Assembly: GCA_951406725.2 (NCBI GenBank)
Contig: OX597823.1
Location: forward strand, 28,582,001 to 28,646,000
Source: Octopus vulgaris
Taxonomy: Eukaryota
Length of the DNA: 64,000 nt
Direction of reading: 5' to 3'
Shown: positions 40,388 to 54,170 of the stretch, piece after piece
Layout: each line of letters starts with the position of its first letter
Position numbering within the stretch: the first letter of the stretch is position 1
Notes under the pieces: generated by a model
Databases searched by the model: none
What the model was told of the DNA's origin: nothing
What the model saw: only the letters and a program-made list of their open reading frames with translations
Program-made: the position numbers and the translations under genes

Positions 40388-40395
40388 GTATGTAT
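39232..40395 (+). repeat. Second copy of the tandemly duplicated segment 36815-37910 (mariner fragment plus flanks)
   Basis: Near-identical sequence. The ORF track gives paired peptides (36878/39305, 37005/39432, 37696/40194). Confidence 0.95.
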
Positions 40396-40603
40396 TATGT
40401 GAAATAGAAAGATGAATAATCTTGTAGCAGATTAATCAAAAGTTTAACCGATACCTTGGTAGCAAAAATCACAGCAGAAGACAGCACGGTTGGAGGTACA
40501 ACCATATGGTGTTGCAACCGTGCGTTGGTTCGGATAATTGAATTTTAATATTATTGGTGAATTGAAGAAATGGAGCTGAACGAAGATTAAACAGAAATCG
40601 TTT

Positions 40604-40696
40604 TATTTCATTCTACACGTGTTTCGAAAGGCACAATTTACCAAAACCCGATTGAATAATGAGACCATATTGTGTCTTTCTCTTCAGAAAGAAATA
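40604..40696 (-). ncRNA. Type I hammerhead ribozyme with an intact catalytic core
   Basis: Minus strand: tatttcttt-CTGAAGA-GAAAGACACAAT..(31 nt)..ATTGTGCCTTTC-GAAA-CACGTG-TA-gaatgaaata. Stem II has 11/12 pairs, stem III is palindromic, the cleavage triplet is GUA, and stem I is 9 bp with one bulge. Confidence 0.8.
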
Positions 40697-41706
40697 GGAA
40701 ATCCGTTGGAAAAAACAAAAACAGAACAGAGGCGGAGCAAAACAAATCGAACTAGGCTCCTAAGAGCCCATGGCAAAACTGTTTATCAGTGTATGTTGAG
40801 AACCGGTGGTTGAAGATTTTAACGGGTCAGGCAGCGGTCATTCCTGTGGGTGAGGGTGTGTAGATGTTCTTTGTGACCGAGAATAAAGTTTTGACTATTT
40901 AAAGAATATAGGATGTATTATAAGGGGCGAGAAAAAATCTACTTAGAGACATGTGTGTGTTTACTGTTCTATATATGTGTGCTGGCGCAGGTATGTATAT
41001 ATTCTAGTATACTTACATAGAGCATAAAAAATATAAAATACTAAGAAGGGAATATGTAACTTGTTAATTTGTTAACTCAACAGCTGTTTCAGGAACCTTA
41101 GGCTTGATTAGTAATTGTAATGTTCATAATTTCCAGCTTGAATGTGCCAGACGTCTTGGGTATGCAACCAGTATACAGTTATACAGGGATATTACAATAA
41201 GTCCGTCTCTTCTTATCAAGAGATGTTTCGCGAAGTCCATCCGTATAGTAGCGTCAGAGATTTAAAGGTTCAAGGAAGAGAGGTTGAAGAATAAGAAGGA
41301 AAATCAGAGAGGGGAGAAGAATATATGCTACGTAGGAAGGAGGAACAGAGATAAGGAATATGTGTGACAGGAAGAGGGAGGCGGGTTTTATAACATAAAG
41401 GGGGGGGGGAGAACAGAGATAGAATAGATCAAAGGGTGAGAAGAGGGGAGGAGGTAAAGTTATATTGTTTCTAAATTGTAAATACAACGACTATTACGTA
41501 ACTTCGAGGTTCCAGTTACAACAATCAAATTAAATTTTGTATTCTCTTTTTAGTAATTTCTATTTTGTTATACTTTCTATTTTGCTATACCTATGTAAAC
41601 ATATGTGTATAAATATATACATGCATATATACATAATTTATATCTGTGTGTATAAATATATATGTATATATAAATATATATATATATACACACACATATA
41701 TGTATG

Positions 41707-41757
<51 letters not shown>

Positions 41758-41802
41758 ATATAGTACTATGTATTATGTACATTGTATTTAAAATAAGAGA
41801 TA

Positions 41803-42024
41803 CTAAATGTTTATTGCCATAGAGACACTGTGATTAGCCAGATTTGTATAACATGCCTTGTGTGTCCATGTAATTTTCAGGCTCGAGGTTGATGGTTAGT
41901 TTTACTTAATTTTCAAATAGATCTAACCATTAACCTTGTGCCTGAAGATTACTTGGAGACACATGGCATGTTATGTAAATCTGAGTATCATAGTGTCTCT
42001 ATTTCTATGGCAATAAAATTTTAG
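41803..42024 (+). other. Long imperfect hairpin (~97-102 nt arms, 23-nt loop)
   Basis: 41803-41899 is the reverse complement of 41923-42024, with scattered substitutions and a short indel. Confidence 0.85.
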
Positions 42025-42594
42025 CAGGTCTTTGTCCAAATGCTGTGTGCAAATAATAATCTTGTCTCAATGGATAGAATAGCTTTTTCCTCATCGTAAA
42101 CTAACGGAACAACAAACTATATATATATATATATATATAGTCAGTTAGCATCTAAACCACACGACCTCATGTTCCTAAGTTTCATATCTACATCTTTATC
42201 TGTATATTTACCTTCCCTAAGATGTCATTAATTGATTTGAAATCTTTTATATTACTGGAAAACCTATATAAATTAACTGAAGATTACTCAGCATCTTAAA
42301 TCTGCTGTAATATTTACAGCTTTTAATAAAATGTTGTAGTATGAAACAATTGTACTAAATTACCGGCTCCATACTTGTTGCTTATTTTTTGTATATATAT
42401 ATATATAATATTATATTATATTATATTTATTTTAATATCCACAAAGTTCAGAACTTTGGTCCAAATCAGATATACAATCTATGTGGGTGCCTTTCAAAAC
42501 ATTGCCGGGTTTAAACCGCCACATCAGATAGCATGATGGTTCTAAGGTGTATGCACAGGAGGTGGTCAAACTCTGCATAAGGAGTAAGCAATCA

Positions 42595-42633
<39 letters not shown>

Positions 42634-43663
42634 CATACAATATTATATACAATATGTATGTATATCTATATTTATTTATATATATTGTATTAAATTATAT
42701 TATATTATGTTCAGAAACACACATTATAGTCATTGTATCCATGTTTTTCGTTACACCTGGTCCCTTATTATATCAGATACGGTGTTTTGATGTTCTACGA
42801 TAGAGCATGAAAGATATGTGAATAAGAGAACAAACAAGGAAATTGAGAGAACACATAATTGACATAGATACATCCGTACATGCCGACATAAATACATACA
42901 ACCATATAAAATATATGTATATATATATACATACACACTAACACACACATACACAAAAATACATACCACCATATAAAATATATGTATATATATATATATA
43001 CATACACACTAACACACACATATACACAAATACATACATATTTACATCCACACGCATATGTTTATACACATACGCTCGCGTACTCAAAACGCATACATAG
43101 AGCGATACGCTTATATTCTCACTTCATGTTGATTCGTATCTTCTATACCGTACTGTCCTACTTTTGTAGTACCAGCAGATTGTGAAATTGCACGCTTAGA
43201 TTTACCGGTTTTTCTTTTTTTTTTTTTTGTTCCCCGTATGTTTGGACTATTTCATACTGCAATGAACTGCTGCAATATAGTGCAATGTTATTAAAAATCC
43301 TAAGTTATCTTATCTCTCCTTCATCTCACTACCTTGGAGACAACTGGAGTGTTTCATTGTGAGAAATGTAATTATCTTACAACTTGGCCATTCACTTTTC
43401 CTAACAGTTATATACGTGTGAGGGTACTCTTGTACAAGATACGTACATGCCTACCTCCCTCCCTACTTACCTTCACACATACACACACATATATAATTGT
43501 AAGTTTGTATGTATATAGATATATATATATATACATATATACATGTATATATACATATATATTTATACATATATATATATATGTGTGTGTGTGTGTGTAT
43601 CTATACACACACATATTGAAATATACATATATGTATACATATATGCTTCAATAAATGTGTGTG

Positions 43664-43694
<31 letters not shown>

Positions 43695-43870
43695 ATGTAT
43701 ACACACACGTTAATATGTATGTGTGTATATGTGTATGTACAAATATCGGAATACATATATATATATATATGTGTATATATGTTTATGCATATATATATAG
43801 ATATATATGTGTATACATCTATACGCACATATTTATATATACGTATTTGTATAAATATAATCATGAACAA

Positions 43871-43946
<76 letters not shown>

Positions 43947-44070
43947 TCACACATTAATATGTATGTGTGTATACGTGTATGTACAAATGTCGGAATATAT
44001 TTATGTATAAGCTATATACAGTAATATGTTGCGACAGATATGAATTTGTATGCTTGTGCCTGAGCGCCAG

Positions 44071-44120
<50 letters not shown>

Positions 44121-44257
44121 AGCGTGTTTGTGAGCGTGTATGCATGCGTTTTATAAGTTTTTGTTTTCCTTAGAGCATTTCTGTCGAATAGTGTGTTGGG
44201 GTTGACATCTCACGTTCGTGCTTGAGAATCCCGTTGCTTGAATTTAAATGTATTTGC

Positions 44258-44295
<38 letters not shown>

Positions 44296-44779
44296 TAAGT
44301 GTGTATACATGCGGATATGTCTACCTATATGCGTGAAGGCAATTATATGTATGTGCTTGTATGTCCACTAGGAAGTGTATGCATGTGTGTGTGTGTGTGT
44401 GTGTATGAATGACTCTATGTATGCATGTTTGTTTTGCTTTGCTCATTTTCGTCCTCATCTCTTGTAAGTGCGGTAATGATGGAGGAAAAATGCTTCCATC
44501 ATCAATATCAATATCACCAATGAAATTCTTTCTGAGTATCCTCGTCGTTGTCGTCCTTCCCCCGCAATCGCACACCACGTCATCTCTTCTCACTAGCAGC
44601 ATCGTCATCATTATGCTCATCCCCACAAGCGTTCTGGTGCCGCCGCCGCAGCCGCAACCGCCACCACCGTCGTCGTCATAATCACCGCTCTTGTCATTGT
44701 CGTCGTCGTTTTCATCTTAATTTTTATTATCGTCATCGTATCTGTCTTTACAATCAGCATTGTCATGAAGAAATATGTT

Positions 44780-44826
44780 GCAGCTGCTGCGGCTGCTGCC
44801 ACTGCTGCTGCTGCTGCTGCACCACA

Positions 44827-44895
<69 letters not shown>

Positions 44896-44974
44896 AATGC
44901 GGCTGCTACCGCGGCTACTGCTGCTACTACAGCGACTACTACCACCATCATCAACACAATCACCACCACCACCG

Positions 44975-45027
<53 letters not shown>

Positions 45028-45358
45028 GCTGCTGCTGCTACTGCAGCTACTGCTGCAACTACTGCAACTATTATTGCTACTACAAATACCACCACCGTCA
45101 CTACTACTACTACAAGCTACTACTATCGCTGGCTGCTGTTGCTTCTGCTACTGCTACAACTATTACTGCTACTACAATTACCACCACCAGCATCACTACT
45201 ACTACTACTACGACTACTACTACTACTAATACTACTACTACTACATCTACTACTACTAATACTACTACCACTACCACTGCTGCTACTGGTGCTACTGCTG
45301 TTGCTACTACAGTGATTACTACCACCAACACCATCAACACAATCACCACCACTACCAT

Positions 45359-45430
<72 letters not shown>

Positions 45431-45484
45431 CTCTACTACTACTACTACTACTACTACTATTACTACTACTACTACTACTACTAC
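44780..45484. repeat. (CTA)n/(CTG)n/(CAC)n compound trinucleotide microsatellite
   Basis: Seen directly. It is the source of the poly-T/A/L/V ORFs. Confidence 0.95.
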
Positions 45485-45899
45485 ATGCTTCAAGCTTGGA
45501 AGTAATCGAACTGTACTCTTCAAAACTTGAACTAAGAATAAGTACAAGGTAAAATTACTACCTGCTTCTACAGCAGGTTGATGTAGGTAGCTTATCCCGC
45601 CCCAACCAACTTTTACTTCATGCAATTGAAAAAAACCGCATTATTTATTGGACGACCCAATATACACACACACACATATATGCGATGCATTTCTTTTCTG
45701 TTCCGTCTGCCAAACCCACTCAAGGCTTTGGTCAGTCCGAGGCTATTGTAGATGACACTCGTCCAAGTGGGACTGGACTCAGGATCAGGTGACCGGGAAA
45801 CAATCTTCTTTCCACACAGCCACTCCTGTGGTGGCTATGTTCAGTTTTTATGAAGAATTCCTTCTAATTCTGTGATTATTATTCAGTATCAAAACCTCT

Positions 45900-46319
45900 T
45901 TACTCTTTTACTCTTTTACTTGTTTCAGTCATTTGACTGCGGCCATTCTGGAGCACCGCCTTCAATAGAGCAACTCGACCCCGGGACTTATTCTTTTGTA
46001 AGCCCAGTACTACTTATTCTATCGGTCTCTTTTGCCGAACCGCTAAGTGACGGGGACATAAACACACCAGCATCGGTTGTCAAGCAATGCTAGGGGCACA
46101 AACACAGACACACAAACACACACACACACACACACATATATACATATACATATATACGACGGGCTTCTTTCAGTTTCCGTCTACCAAATCCACTCACAAG
46201 GCTTTGGTCGGCCCGAGGCTATAGTAGAAGACACTTGCCCAAGGTGCCACGCAGTGGGACTGAACCCGGAACCATGTTGCTGGTAAACAAGCTACTTACC
46301 ACACAGCCAATCCTGCGCC
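45900..46319 (-). mobile_element. Full-length SINE family 1 with an internal microsatellite
   Basis: Reverse complement of the 1882 and 58049 copies, with both modules present. A more decayed partial copy lies at ~45690-45830. Confidence 0.9.
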
Positions 46320-46329
46320 TCCGACTCGC

Positions 46330-49300
46330 GTAAACTAGTTTCCTGTCACTTCGATTACTCAGTCTTTGGTGCAATCCCAGTGCATTTTTACTGATATAGT
46401 ACTGCGTTTATACTCTTTTTCTACTAGATTACAGCAATCGTTTAGTAAGGGTTTCTACTTCCATCTCCTTTTCCACATATTATCCATTTGCTATCTGAGT
46501 TTCATAAAACTACATTTGTATCAAATTCTATGTAATGCCGTGTTCCTAAAGGGCTATAATTAACCGTTAATTTTATATTTTCTAGTCTTCCCTTCTCATA
46601 TAAAACTAGCATTTTTGTTCCCTTACAACGACCCATTTTTTTGTTTTTCGCCTGAATCCTCTAAGTAATTCTTCCTCTTTCCATTTGCTTGATTCTCTTT
46701 TTCACCTCTTTCTTGAACTTGGAATTATTCAGCTTCAGTTGGAATTACTTTGACATTTGTAGCCACCGATAACAATCTTTCATTACAATGCACAACATAA
46801 CTTTTCAAACGAAAAACTGCAGAATTTATTGTGACTTTTACATCTAATAGAGCTCTACCCTCTTAACCTCTAGGTAAATAGAAACTATTGTTATTAATTT
46901 TAGGGTGTATCGTTAGCAGCATCGTATTTTTGCTATGCAATTCGGAGTTCTCACTTTATACACCTTAAAAAGGAGTGTAATGTATCGATATTAACATGGC
47001 CTAACTATTGATTGCCTTGATATTATCTCTTTTCACTACACTCTTAAGAACCTTCCTGCCTCTTCTATTCTTCAGAGGTTTTCTCTCTCATTTCTTTTTC
47101 CATTAACTTATTCACCCTTCGGCATTCTTCGGTACTTTTATCCTTCGGTCTCTCCCACTAATCTAATTATATCATTTTGTGTTATCTTCATTCCATCAGA
47201 TTTAATCTTCGACCTCTTTTGGTAATAAATGCTACACTCTTACACCACACCTACCACTCACCAGTGTCCTTTCTTGTTTAAATAATCGAATCAAGATCTT
47301 TTTCATGTTTGACGTACAATTTGAGATCATTCATTTGTAGTAGAGATTTAATTTATTTCCGTTCTCACCAAGTCATAAGCAAGCGTGGATATTCTCAGTA
47401 TGAGAGTCAACGGAATTAACGTAACAATGAAAAGTAGTAGAGAGAACAAGTCTCCATGAAATATATCTCTTCAGATTTCCATATCTCCCAATGACGTGTT
47501 ACGAACATTAGTTAATAGTGGGACCCATGGATATGTCCCGGAATTAATAGTAAACTTACTGGGTTATTTCTAAAACTTTATCCAAAAAACTCTAAGAGTG
47601 TAGCATGTGTTGTGTCAGTATTAAATGATAGTCGCCGATCTGCTAATTATTGAAAAGTGAAGGAAAATGGAATACGATGATTGCTTAATGCATTTTATAT
47701 ATACACTTTATATATTTTATGCACAATTTTATAGACTTAATACGCAGCACTCTCCATATTTCTCTCTCACTCTTCGCCTTGCCCTCTTTTGCTCTCTCCT
47801 TTTTCTTTCATTCTTCACATTTCTCTTCAACTAATCACGTGAAAGCGTTAGAGACGGGTTAAGTAATGGAAGAAAAAAATCTTAGTTAAAACAAAAACTT
47901 TACATATTTAATTCACCACCAGCTCTCCCTCTTCCTTCCCCCATCTCGCCTTCACTCCACCTCCACCCTTCTCATCCCTCTCCCTTCAATTAATCACGTG
48001 GGAGCGTTACAAAATGACTAAGTAACAGAGTGACAATCAGAATTATTATAAGATACTGCCCACAATGTCGTCGTCTTTATTGAAAATAAACTCGTCCTCA
48101 GGCACCCCAAAAGTGAGCGGTATGTTCTGCATCCCTTTCATTCTTCTGATAACAGTTTCCTATTCTCCAGAAAGCCATGGAAACCATCTGCTAGGAGACC
48201 AGTTAGTAATTTCTTAAGCAATCATAAGCAAGTAAATGGCCATAAATACTAACACCCACTACCTCTCCATCATTTTTTTCTGTATTAGCTCTTTATCTCC
48301 TCTTTTGATGAATGGTAATGCTCCATTTTCTAAACAACCAGTGAAACATTTTTTTGTCTATATGTAACTCCGCATGCTTGTGAGATTTTAAATCTAAATC
48401 CTAGAACATCATAGAGTTGATTTCCATTTCAGTTTCGTGTATGTTTAAGTATTTTCTTTTTACTTTCACTGCAATATCTATATTCTCTTGGCTTCTCTCC
48501 CCTTTCGCCCTTAAAGTCCTGTAAAGTTTTCCTTCACTGTTGTATTGGACAATCTTGTTCTAAATTACTGCTTTCATATTTGGCATTTTCCTCCCATGAT
48601 GTTCATTCTGATGGTCCAGCTGTTGATGATATTTTCTTAGCATATTAAATTGGGTGCGTCATTATCTAAAAAACTAATATAAATCATATCTGGGAGTGTC
48701 ATTCTTTTTAGCACCTTATTGTTTAACACACTCACCGGTAAATTTCTATTCATTTATTTATTTTCCCAAAATTTTCGTTGCGTCTTGCAAACTTTTCAAA
48801 CACACGAACGCACACAAAGGATCTTGCAAATTAAATCTCAAAATGAAGTAATATAATTCAGTTTATTCTAAAACATTCCTTCTCCGTATTTAATGTATCA
48901 AATATTTTAACCTGATTTTACTTTAGCTGTTTTGTCTTATTTCTTCTTTAGCTGCCTGTAACTTTCTGTGTTTCATGTTATTCATTCCATCACCGTCTTT
49001 ATCATTGTCACATCTTCTTGCCCAACATAGGTCTTTGTCTTTCTTTCAGTACTCCAAAAACTTCCACAGCAATAGCCGGTACACAGTATATGCATTCATT
49101 ATGTTTTGGTACATTCTCTACTTTCATGTTCGCAGTTTTTCCCTTTCAGTTCTTCTCAAAGTTGGTAATCCCTTTCTAATCCTATTTCTTCGCTTATTCA
49201 ATCGATGGACTTAGGGTTTTTTTTTGTTGTGTAATATTCTTTCTTTCCTTAAACTAAATCGTATTTTCAACTTTAATACTACGTATTTCCTCTTGATAAA

Positions 49301-49550
49301 TATTCAATTATATTTCTGTCATTTCTTGTTCAATTCCCCATCCTATGTAACCATATTCTTCATCTTTTACTGCTCTGAAGATCTATTCTAGCTGCATCTG
49401 AGATAGCCATTGTTGTCTTATTCTTAGCTTCTTATGATCAAGACATCATTGTTCTGTGACTGTGAACATGTCTCGCTCTTTCCTGAAGAATCCTTAATAT
49501 TTTCTGTCTCTTTTATTGCCATGTTTGCAACTATTGGAAGTATTGTTCTT
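46330..49550 (-). mobile_element. Long, heavily decayed LINE with a Dong-like RT
   Basis: Minus-strand remnants RDIFHGDLFSLLLFIVTLIP (GIFQGDSLSPLLF motif) and LTIHPKIN..FYLPRG*EGRALL. No open frame. Confidence 0.6.
47638..48054 (+). mobile_element. Possible non-autonomous Helitron/Helentron-like insertion
   Basis: Interrupts the decayed LINE. Its ends ATCTGCTAATTATT...AATTATTATAAGAT are imperfectly inverted. Two internal copies of CAA.TAATCACGTG..AGCGTTA. Confidence 0.3.
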
Positions 49551-50767
49551 ATAATTGTTAGAACGTAAGGAGAAATGCCCGGTAGGGTTTCTTCCAGATC
49601 TGTGTTCTGAGTTCAAATTCATCTGAGGTCGACTTCGGCATTCATTATTTCGAGGTCGATGAAATGAATACTAGTCGGACACTGAAGTCGATTTAATCGA
49701 ATAGCCCTCGGCCAAAAAAGTTCCGCCCTTATGCTTACAGTAGAAAAGATTATTATCATTATCATTGCCTTTGCACAGCTTCTAACGCCCACATCCCAAC
49801 ACAATTTCTTTTAATTCTCTCGGTGTTGGCGTTGTATAGATCTCTATTATATTATTATCAAGTTTTTCATAAGATTGTTCTGGGTTGGAAGCAAACTGTT
49901 TGTTTCATTTCAAAGCTTCTTTGTCGTTACAAGGTGCTTTGTTTCATTTTGGAATCTTCAATTTTTGATATTTTAATTTTCTTTTGTACTTGTCTCCATT
50001 CATTTTTCTTGTGTATGTGAGTGTGTGTGTGAGAGATATACAGATAGATAGGTAGAGAGAGAGGGGGGATTGATTGATTTCTTAAGAGATTAAATAATGC
50101 AAACCATTTTTTCTTAATTCTTTTTTCCTCTACAACAGCATTTTGTTTCTGTCATTTGTTGGGGCTTGTTTTGAAATTCCTTTTTGACCTCATCTAAGGG
50201 ACAACCCACTTCGCTTCGTAACCAGACAAACCACTACAGGCATTATTTAATTTAGTCTAATAATGTTGATATCTCTATATATTCAAAGAAGCCTGTGATG
50301 GCTAGGTTCTGCAATTTTTATTGCTGTTACTATTTTATCATTGGCTTTTCCCATTGTCAGATACATTCGTTGCTCTGTAAGATCTATTGTCTGTAATTCC
50401 TGAAATATTTGCTGCTATAGCTTGGTATGGACACGAATTTCACCTTTGGAATTTTCTATTATTTAATCTTCTTCATATGACTCTTCAACTATTTTCCGCA
50501 TTCTGATTCTGAATGTGCTGGACATTATTGTGTAGATGTTCTACGAGTTGTATTTCTGGTATATTGTTATTTACCTTCTTCGTTTTGCGCGTTATTTTTA
50601 TATACGTGGTCTAGGTTAGGTTCTCCGTATTTTATTGTTGTTACTTATATTCAAACGTTCTATTTTAATTTCTGATACATACATATATGCATACATACAT
50701 ACCTGCAAACATACATAAATACATAAATATATACATACATACATATATACATACATACATACATACA

Positions 50768-50801
<34 letters not shown>

Positions 50802-51399
50802 CGTACTCACTTGCATTGAATTCAAAGTATACATCACCCTGTTAATGAATAACCTGGGGCTTCTTGACACAGCATTTATTTGAATTATATATAGTAAAAT
50901 AGTGGCTATCGATTAGATGTTGATAAATTAAATTAGAAGCAAGTCATCGTAATTTCTGCTAGTCAGTTTACCCGAAAATAAATTGCAGGTAATTCTGCTG
51001 GTCTGATCAACTATGAAAATTCGTATAGTTATATAGCAGTGAAGTTATATTACAGTCAAGTGCTATTCTGCCAAATACGTTCCAGGTGATACCTCACCAA
51101 ACATTTTGTCTAACTACAAAGATTCTATGAGTGAAGATAAATTTCATAGCAAAATATAATGAAAAAATATCCGCAAATCTGTTAGCCATAAATCCCAACA
51201 CACGAAAGGAAACTTGACAATTAGACCTTTCCTCTCTAAGAAAAGAATGCATTATTCTGGTTGGCCGTGAAATCAAGTTGTTTGATTAGGCGCCAATCAC
51301 AATATCATCTCGCTCCTATTGAATTCTTCGTTTCATCCAGTTTTGCTATCAATTTTATCTTCTCTTAACTTTGACTTTGCCAAAATATTTATGAGGTAT

Positions 51400-51783
51400 G
51401 GAAGCACTCCGTCGGTTACAACGACGAGGGTTCCGGTTGATCCGATCAACGGAACAGCCAGCTCGTGAAATTAACGTGTAAGTGGCTGAGCACTCCACAG
51501 ACACGTGTATCCTTAACGTAGTTCTCGGAGATATTCAGCGTGACACAGAGAGTGACAAGGCCGGCCCTTTGAAATACAGGTACAACAGAAACAGGAAGTA
51601 AGAGTGAGAGAAAGTTGTGGTGAAAGAGTACAGCAGGGATCACCACCATCCCCTGCCGGAGCCTCGTGGAGCTTTTAGGTGTTTTCGCTCAATAAACACT
51701 CACAACGCCCAGTCTGGGAATCGAAACCGCGATCCTACGACCGCGAGTCCGCTGCCCTAACCACTGGGCCATTGCGCTTCCAC
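51400..51783 (-). mobile_element. Full-length SINE family 2 with an 11-bp target-site duplication
   Basis: TTATGAGGTAT (51389-51399) and TTATAAGGTAT (51784-51794). Matches 27824-28198. Confidence 0.92.
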
Positions 51784-51804
51784 TTATAAGGTATATACAT
51801 AGTC

Positions 51805-52092
51805 TGGAAATTGAGATCAACTCAAATTAAGAAAGATAATCTCATTAATTACGATTCCTCAATAATTGACATACTACTAAAAAACATTTTAAATCAAGAT
51901 AAAAAACTTAGATTGCATGGATAGAAAAGTTCAGGTATTTCTGCTTCATTATGCTTCATCAGTACAGTTTTAAATTGAAAATCCTTTAAGACAGATAGAT
52001 GCACGAAGCAAAAACTAACTAAAAGAAAGAATTCATTGTGGATCGGTATTTGAGCATGAAAGACAAGTAAGGGTATATTCAATACCATACAA
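51805..52092 (-). repeat. Copy A of an unclassified ~350-nt repeat (permuted relative to 54171-54522)
   Basis: 51805-51990 matches 54171-54355 and 51991-52092 matches 54417-54520, both inverted. Confidence 0.85.
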
Positions 52093-52101
52093 GATGTAAT
52101 A

Positions 52102-52463
52102 CAGGTTGCCTATAAAGTCATGTACCCTCTTGCAATATGTGATATACTAACATTTTCGGCCACCACGGTCACCAGATTTAACTCCCATGACCTTATTCTT
52201 CGGGGGCTACATTAAATCCCTTGTGTATTCTGAAAAGATTCGTAACCAAAGACATCTTCTTCAAAGAATTATTGAAGCGTGTGAACATGTCAACGGCAAA
52301 GAAAAGCGATTTGAGAGGATTTCATCGCAATTTCAGATTCCGTATGAACACTTGTTTAGAGCACCATGGCCAGCACTTTGAACATTTGTAATAGATTGCC
52401 AACTTCATTGCTAATAAAACATACTTGATATCTCACATGGTGCGTGACTTTGTGGCCACCCTG
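52102..52463 (+). mobile_element. Internally deleted Tc1/mariner element (DD37D/DD41D-like)
   Basis: TA-CAGGTTGCCTATAAAGTCATGTACC ... GGTGCGTGACTTTGTGGCCACCCTG-TA. Internal PPRSPDLTP..FFGGYIKSLVY motif. Confidence 0.8.
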
Positions 52464-54170
52464 TACATTAATTACAATATCGATGTTCATCCTTTCATGC
52501 TCGACAACGCTGCTGTCCATGGTATCAACTGACTCCTTCAACTCAAAACTGAAGGCTTTGAGCCAAAGATACGAACCATTCTTAAAAGGGGTGATTGGTT
52601 GGTAAAGCATTGGTAGCTGCAATAATTGTCCCGGCCCTTTAGTCTCTAAGTTCATATTCCTTCGAAGGTCAACTTTACTTTTCATCCATCCCCACTCAAT
52701 AAAACAAGATACCAGTCTACTACTCGGGGATGATTGTATCGATTGATCCCTAACCTAAATTTCACATTTTGTGCTGTATTAGATACAAGTATTCACGATT
52801 GTCCTTTTTCTTGTTGCTATTGTTTATGATGATGATGATGATGATGACGACGACGATGATGACGAAGACGACTTTGGCGGTGGCGAACCATTCCACCATT
52901 CCTTTATGACCAACCCGGCAATTATACATTATGTCAACGAAAATGTCATCTTGTTTTCCCAAAGAATAAGATTCAGCCGAATGGATAAAGCTTTCATTTC
53001 GAAATCATGAAGTCTTGGGACCCGGTTCCCTCTGTGGTATCGTTTGTATGTGTATATTCTTTTATTCTTTTATACGTTTCAGCCCTAAGGCCGTGGCCAT
53101 GCTGGAGCATCGCCGGTGTCTATGACCACAGTTTCGATTTCGGCCCAAGCTATGTGAGTGAGATTCTGTGTCGAAGCATATTACAATTCAAACACAGCAC
53201 AAAATCTTTACATAATTGTATCCCACCGATTTTGGCCGCGGAATTCATTAACCTTACATATACACCCGTGGAATACTCGGCTACTTCCCAGAAGTTCTTC
53301 AAATATAGAGATTATAAGGTTAAACAACGGCCAACGCTGATGTAAATGCATTTCATTTTACTGACATAACGAGGGAGATTTGACTGCTATTTCTGAGAGC
53401 CCCAGTGCTCACATGCAGTCTGCTCCCTCATTGGCTATTTGCTGTGGTGTTCATTCCAATGCCGATGTCATTTCCGCTTTAGTGATAACAATGGTGTATA
53501 CTTGAACACCGTCTTATCTACTTCTCCGTCTCCTACAAATCGCTTTTCCTGTCTTTTCATAATTGGTATCACTAAACTAATCAATCACACCGTTAATAGC
53601 ACTACAACTGTCGCTGCTAATATTGCCACCACCATCACCATCACAACCACCACCACCACCACCACCAACAACAACAACAATAGCAACAACACCATCACAA
53701 CCACCACCACCACCACCACCACCACCACTGCCAAAACCTCCACCACCAACTCCACCACAACCACCACCACCAGCAGCATCACCACCAGCAGCTTCGCCAC
53801 CACCAGCATCACCACCACCACCACTATAACTACTACTGCCGACACCGCTATCACTAGAACTCTTGAAAATGTTGTTATTGTCTGTGTTCTTCAGTTACTG
53901 TTATTGTTGTTGCGGGCGGTGGCGGTGGTGGTGGTGATGGTGATGGTGGTAATGGTGGTGGTGATGCTGGTGATGCTGGTGCTGGTGGTTGTGATGGCGG
54001 TGCTGGTGATGATGGTGGTGGACCTTCTGTTATACTGCTGCTATACGTCTTCTAAGATACGACGGTAACTCTGATGATAATTAAAATTCACATTTTGATC
54101 GTCATTGCATTGTCCGTAAACTGTATTCTGCTTCCTTTCTCCTGGCTAATAATTTTATTAAATACACTTA

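Noticed and set aside
43334-43420. C2H2 zinc-finger-like peptide FHCEKCNYLTT
   Set aside because: Both histidine ligands are missing, there are no neighbouring fingers, and no convincing splice sites.
44548-45625. Long mucin-like or poly-T/V/L ORFs (also at 53439-54068)
   Set aside because: Stop-free frames of trinucleotide repeats with no domain or splice evidence.
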